The position numbers and the translations under genes are program-made. Source: Somniosus microcephalus (taxonomy: Eukaryota). Taken from it: 64,000 nt of DNA. The stretch lies in assembly GCA_052327205.1 (NCBI GenBank), contig CM126210.1:149792001-149856000 (forward strand). Direction: 5' to 3'. The notes beneath the pieces are model-generated. The model ran no database searches. It saw nothing but the letters and a program-made list of their open reading frames with translations, and was not told the origin of the DNA. Of the stretch, positions 61,822-64,000 are shown in pieces (the first letter of the stretch is position 1; each line of letters begins with the position of its first letter).

Positions 61822-62809
61822 AATATGCTGGCAAACAATGAGATGTCAATGAAGGCAAAGACAAGTGGAAAGCTGTGGCCTGAAGCCACAAGTACCTGTC
61901 CGAGTGTTGGGCCAAAGCAGAAAGCTCTCTACCTTGGTCTCTCTCCAAAGATCCGTTTCTCAAGAAGGAGTGCTGCGAAATGGCAACCTTTTATAGTGCA
62001 GGAAGAGTGCCCTTTAATTTGCACCCCCCGCGCCCCGCATCGACTGAGCACCGTTCCACTCTAACAGTCGCTAGGGGCGCCAGGTGCACAATGGGGCGTC
62101 GCGACTGAATTTCCGGTTGGGGGCGCACAAAGGGCGTTGCACGAGGAAATGACGTCATGATCTGCGCGCGCAGCTGAGCGCGCGCAAAGACTTTGCGCCG
62201 CCGTTAAATCTCTAGTGAAGTTGGGGCGAGGCGCAGATCGCGCTGCGCCCGGCCGCTAGCCGCCTAGCGCCCGACATCTACTCCTAAGGCGCTAACGGCT
62301 GGTGCAACCAACTGAATTTCTAGGCCATAAAGCGTACAAAAATGCAAAAAATAGCACAGATCCTGGCAAATGGGAAAGATACAAAGAACAGCAAAGGGTG
62401 ACAAAATAGATAGTAAGAGCTACAAAAAGAGAGTATGAAAAGAAACTTGCACGAGATATCAAAGTCAGCACAAAATATTTTTATAATTATATTAGGAAAA
62501 AGAAGGTGGTCAGGAGCAATGTTAGCCCCTTGAAAATTGATATCAGTGATATTGTCAATGACAATAAGGAAATGGCGGACACGTTGAATAATTACTTGCG
62601 TCAGGAAACTAATATTGAATCAGGGACGGGGTCTCAACAGAATTAACATAAGCAAAATAACAGTAATTAAGAAAATAATGGCACGAAAGAGTGACAAATC
62701 CCCAGGACCAGATGGTTTCCATCCCAGGGTTTTAAAGGAAGTAGGTGAGCACATTCCCTAACTATAATCTTCCAAAGTTCTCTCGATTCAGGAACCGTTC
62801 CTTTAGATT

Positions 62810-63330
62810 GGGGAACAAGGATCTAATGAAAGTGAGGAACTTAAAGTAATTAATGTTAGTAAAGAAAAAGTACTGGAGAAATTAATGGGACTAAAAGCTG
62901 GCAAATCTCCTGGACCTGATGGCCTACATTCAAGGGTTTTAAAAGAGATGGATACAGCGATGCATTGGTTTTGATCTTCCAGAACAGTCCCCGCAGATTG
63001 GAAGGCAGCAAATGTAACCCCGCTATTCAAGAAAGGAAGGAGAGAGAAAACAGGGAGCTATAGGCCAGTTAGCCTGACATAAGTAGTAGGGAAAATGCTC
63101 GATTCTATTAGAGGGACGTGGTAACAGGCCACTTAGAAAATCGTAATATGATTAGGCAGAGTCAACACGGTTTTATGAAAGGGAAATTGTGTTTGACAAA
63201 TCTAATAGAGTTTTTTGAGGGTGTAGCTAGCAGTGTAGATAAGGGGGAACCGGTGGATTTTCAAAAGGCATTCAATAAGGTGCCACACAGGAGGTTGTCA
63301 CAGAAGATTAAGGCTCGTGAGATTGGGGGT
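62810..63330 (+). mobile_element. CR1 RT fragment of another subfamily
   Basis: Similar to the reverse complement of 2450-2970; QHGFMKGK.CLTNL. Confidence 0.82.
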
Positions 63331-63369
63331 ACAGGCTCTTATCAATGTAACAAATCACATCCTATGTGA

Positions 63370-64000
63370 CTGTGTCAATGGCAAACTATCCTTGTCCTTC
63401 TCGACCTGTCTGCAGTCTTTGACATGGTTGAACGCACCATCCTCCTCCAACACCTCTCTACTTTCATCCAGCTAGGTGAGACTGCACTTGCCTGATTCCA
63501 TTCTTATCTATCCAGTTGTAGCCAGAGAATCACCTGCAATGGCTTCTCTTCCCACTCCCGCATCTTACCTCTGGTGTCCCCCAAGGATCTATCCTTGGCC
63601 CCCCCTCCTATTTCTCATCTACATGCTGCCCCTCGGTGACATATCCGAAAACACAGTGTCAGTTTCCACTTGTACGCTGACGACACCCAGCTCCACCTCA
63701 CCACCACCTCTCTCGACCTCTCCACTATCCCTAAAATGTCAGACTGCTTCTCCAATATCCAGTACTGGATGAGTAGAAATTTCCTCCAACTAAATATTAG
63801 GAAGTTGAAGCCATTGTCTTTGGTCCCCGCCATAAACTCTGATCCCTAGCCATCCCTCTCCCTGGCAACTATCTGAGGCTGAACCAGACTGTTCACAACC
63901 TTGGTGTCATAATTAACCTTGAGATGAGCTTCCAACCACATATCCACGCCATCGTTAAGACCGCCTATTTCCACTTCCGTACGGTCGCCCGATTCTGCCT
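63370..64000 (+). mobile_element. L2 LINE RT fragment running off the window end
   Basis: LVLLDLSAVFD, SGVPQGSILGP, FHLYADDTQL and WMSRNFLQLN motifs. Confidence 0.87.

Larger units (their letters stand above)
58023..62326 (-). mobile_element. Near-intact PIF/Harbinger transposon 2
   Basis: Same perfect 16-bp TIRs, ATA on both sides, and convergent Myb/SANT and transposase genes. Confidence 0.95.
54320..62810 (+). mobile_element. CR1 LINE (ORF1 esterase plus ORF2 start) in pieces 54320-55041, 56475-57330 and 62330-62810
   Basis: CLPGARV...VVVHVGT.NIG esterase. ILYINARS|ISNKLNEL rejoins across the Helitron; PWMTKEVRD continues after the Harbinger pair. Confidence 0.87.

Overview
Eukaryotic, repeat-dense window. 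The LINE/SINE families suggest a cartilaginous fish (shark); this is inference. The only host gene I can support is NT5DC1 on the + strand: three internal coding exons at 23083-23201, 48383-48547 and 53391-53559. The rest is intronic and mostly nested transposons: many CR1, L2 and RTE LINE pieces, two Gypsy LTR elements and a solo LTR, two two-gene PIF/Harbinger transposons and several Harbinger-type MITEs, two copies of a young non-autonomous Helitron, DeuSINE-like SINEs, a small hAT MITE, a Penelope fragment with a degenerate hammerhead ribozyme, and a 19-bp minisatellite. Two things stand out. (1) A ~900-nt non-coding, hairpin-dense, CpG-retaining block at 22060-22972, just upstream of an NT5DC1 exon. 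Its size and motif order recall the giant bacterial/phage GOLLD RNAs, but this is pattern recall, not an alignment. (2) A CR1-group LINE at 36348-41724 that begins with a tRNA-derived Pol III head, has no ORF1, and has no TTTT on its ~3.1-kb sense strand, which makes it a candidate Pol III-transcribed coding retrotransposon. All coordinates and counts were read by eye; boundaries of old repeats are approximate.
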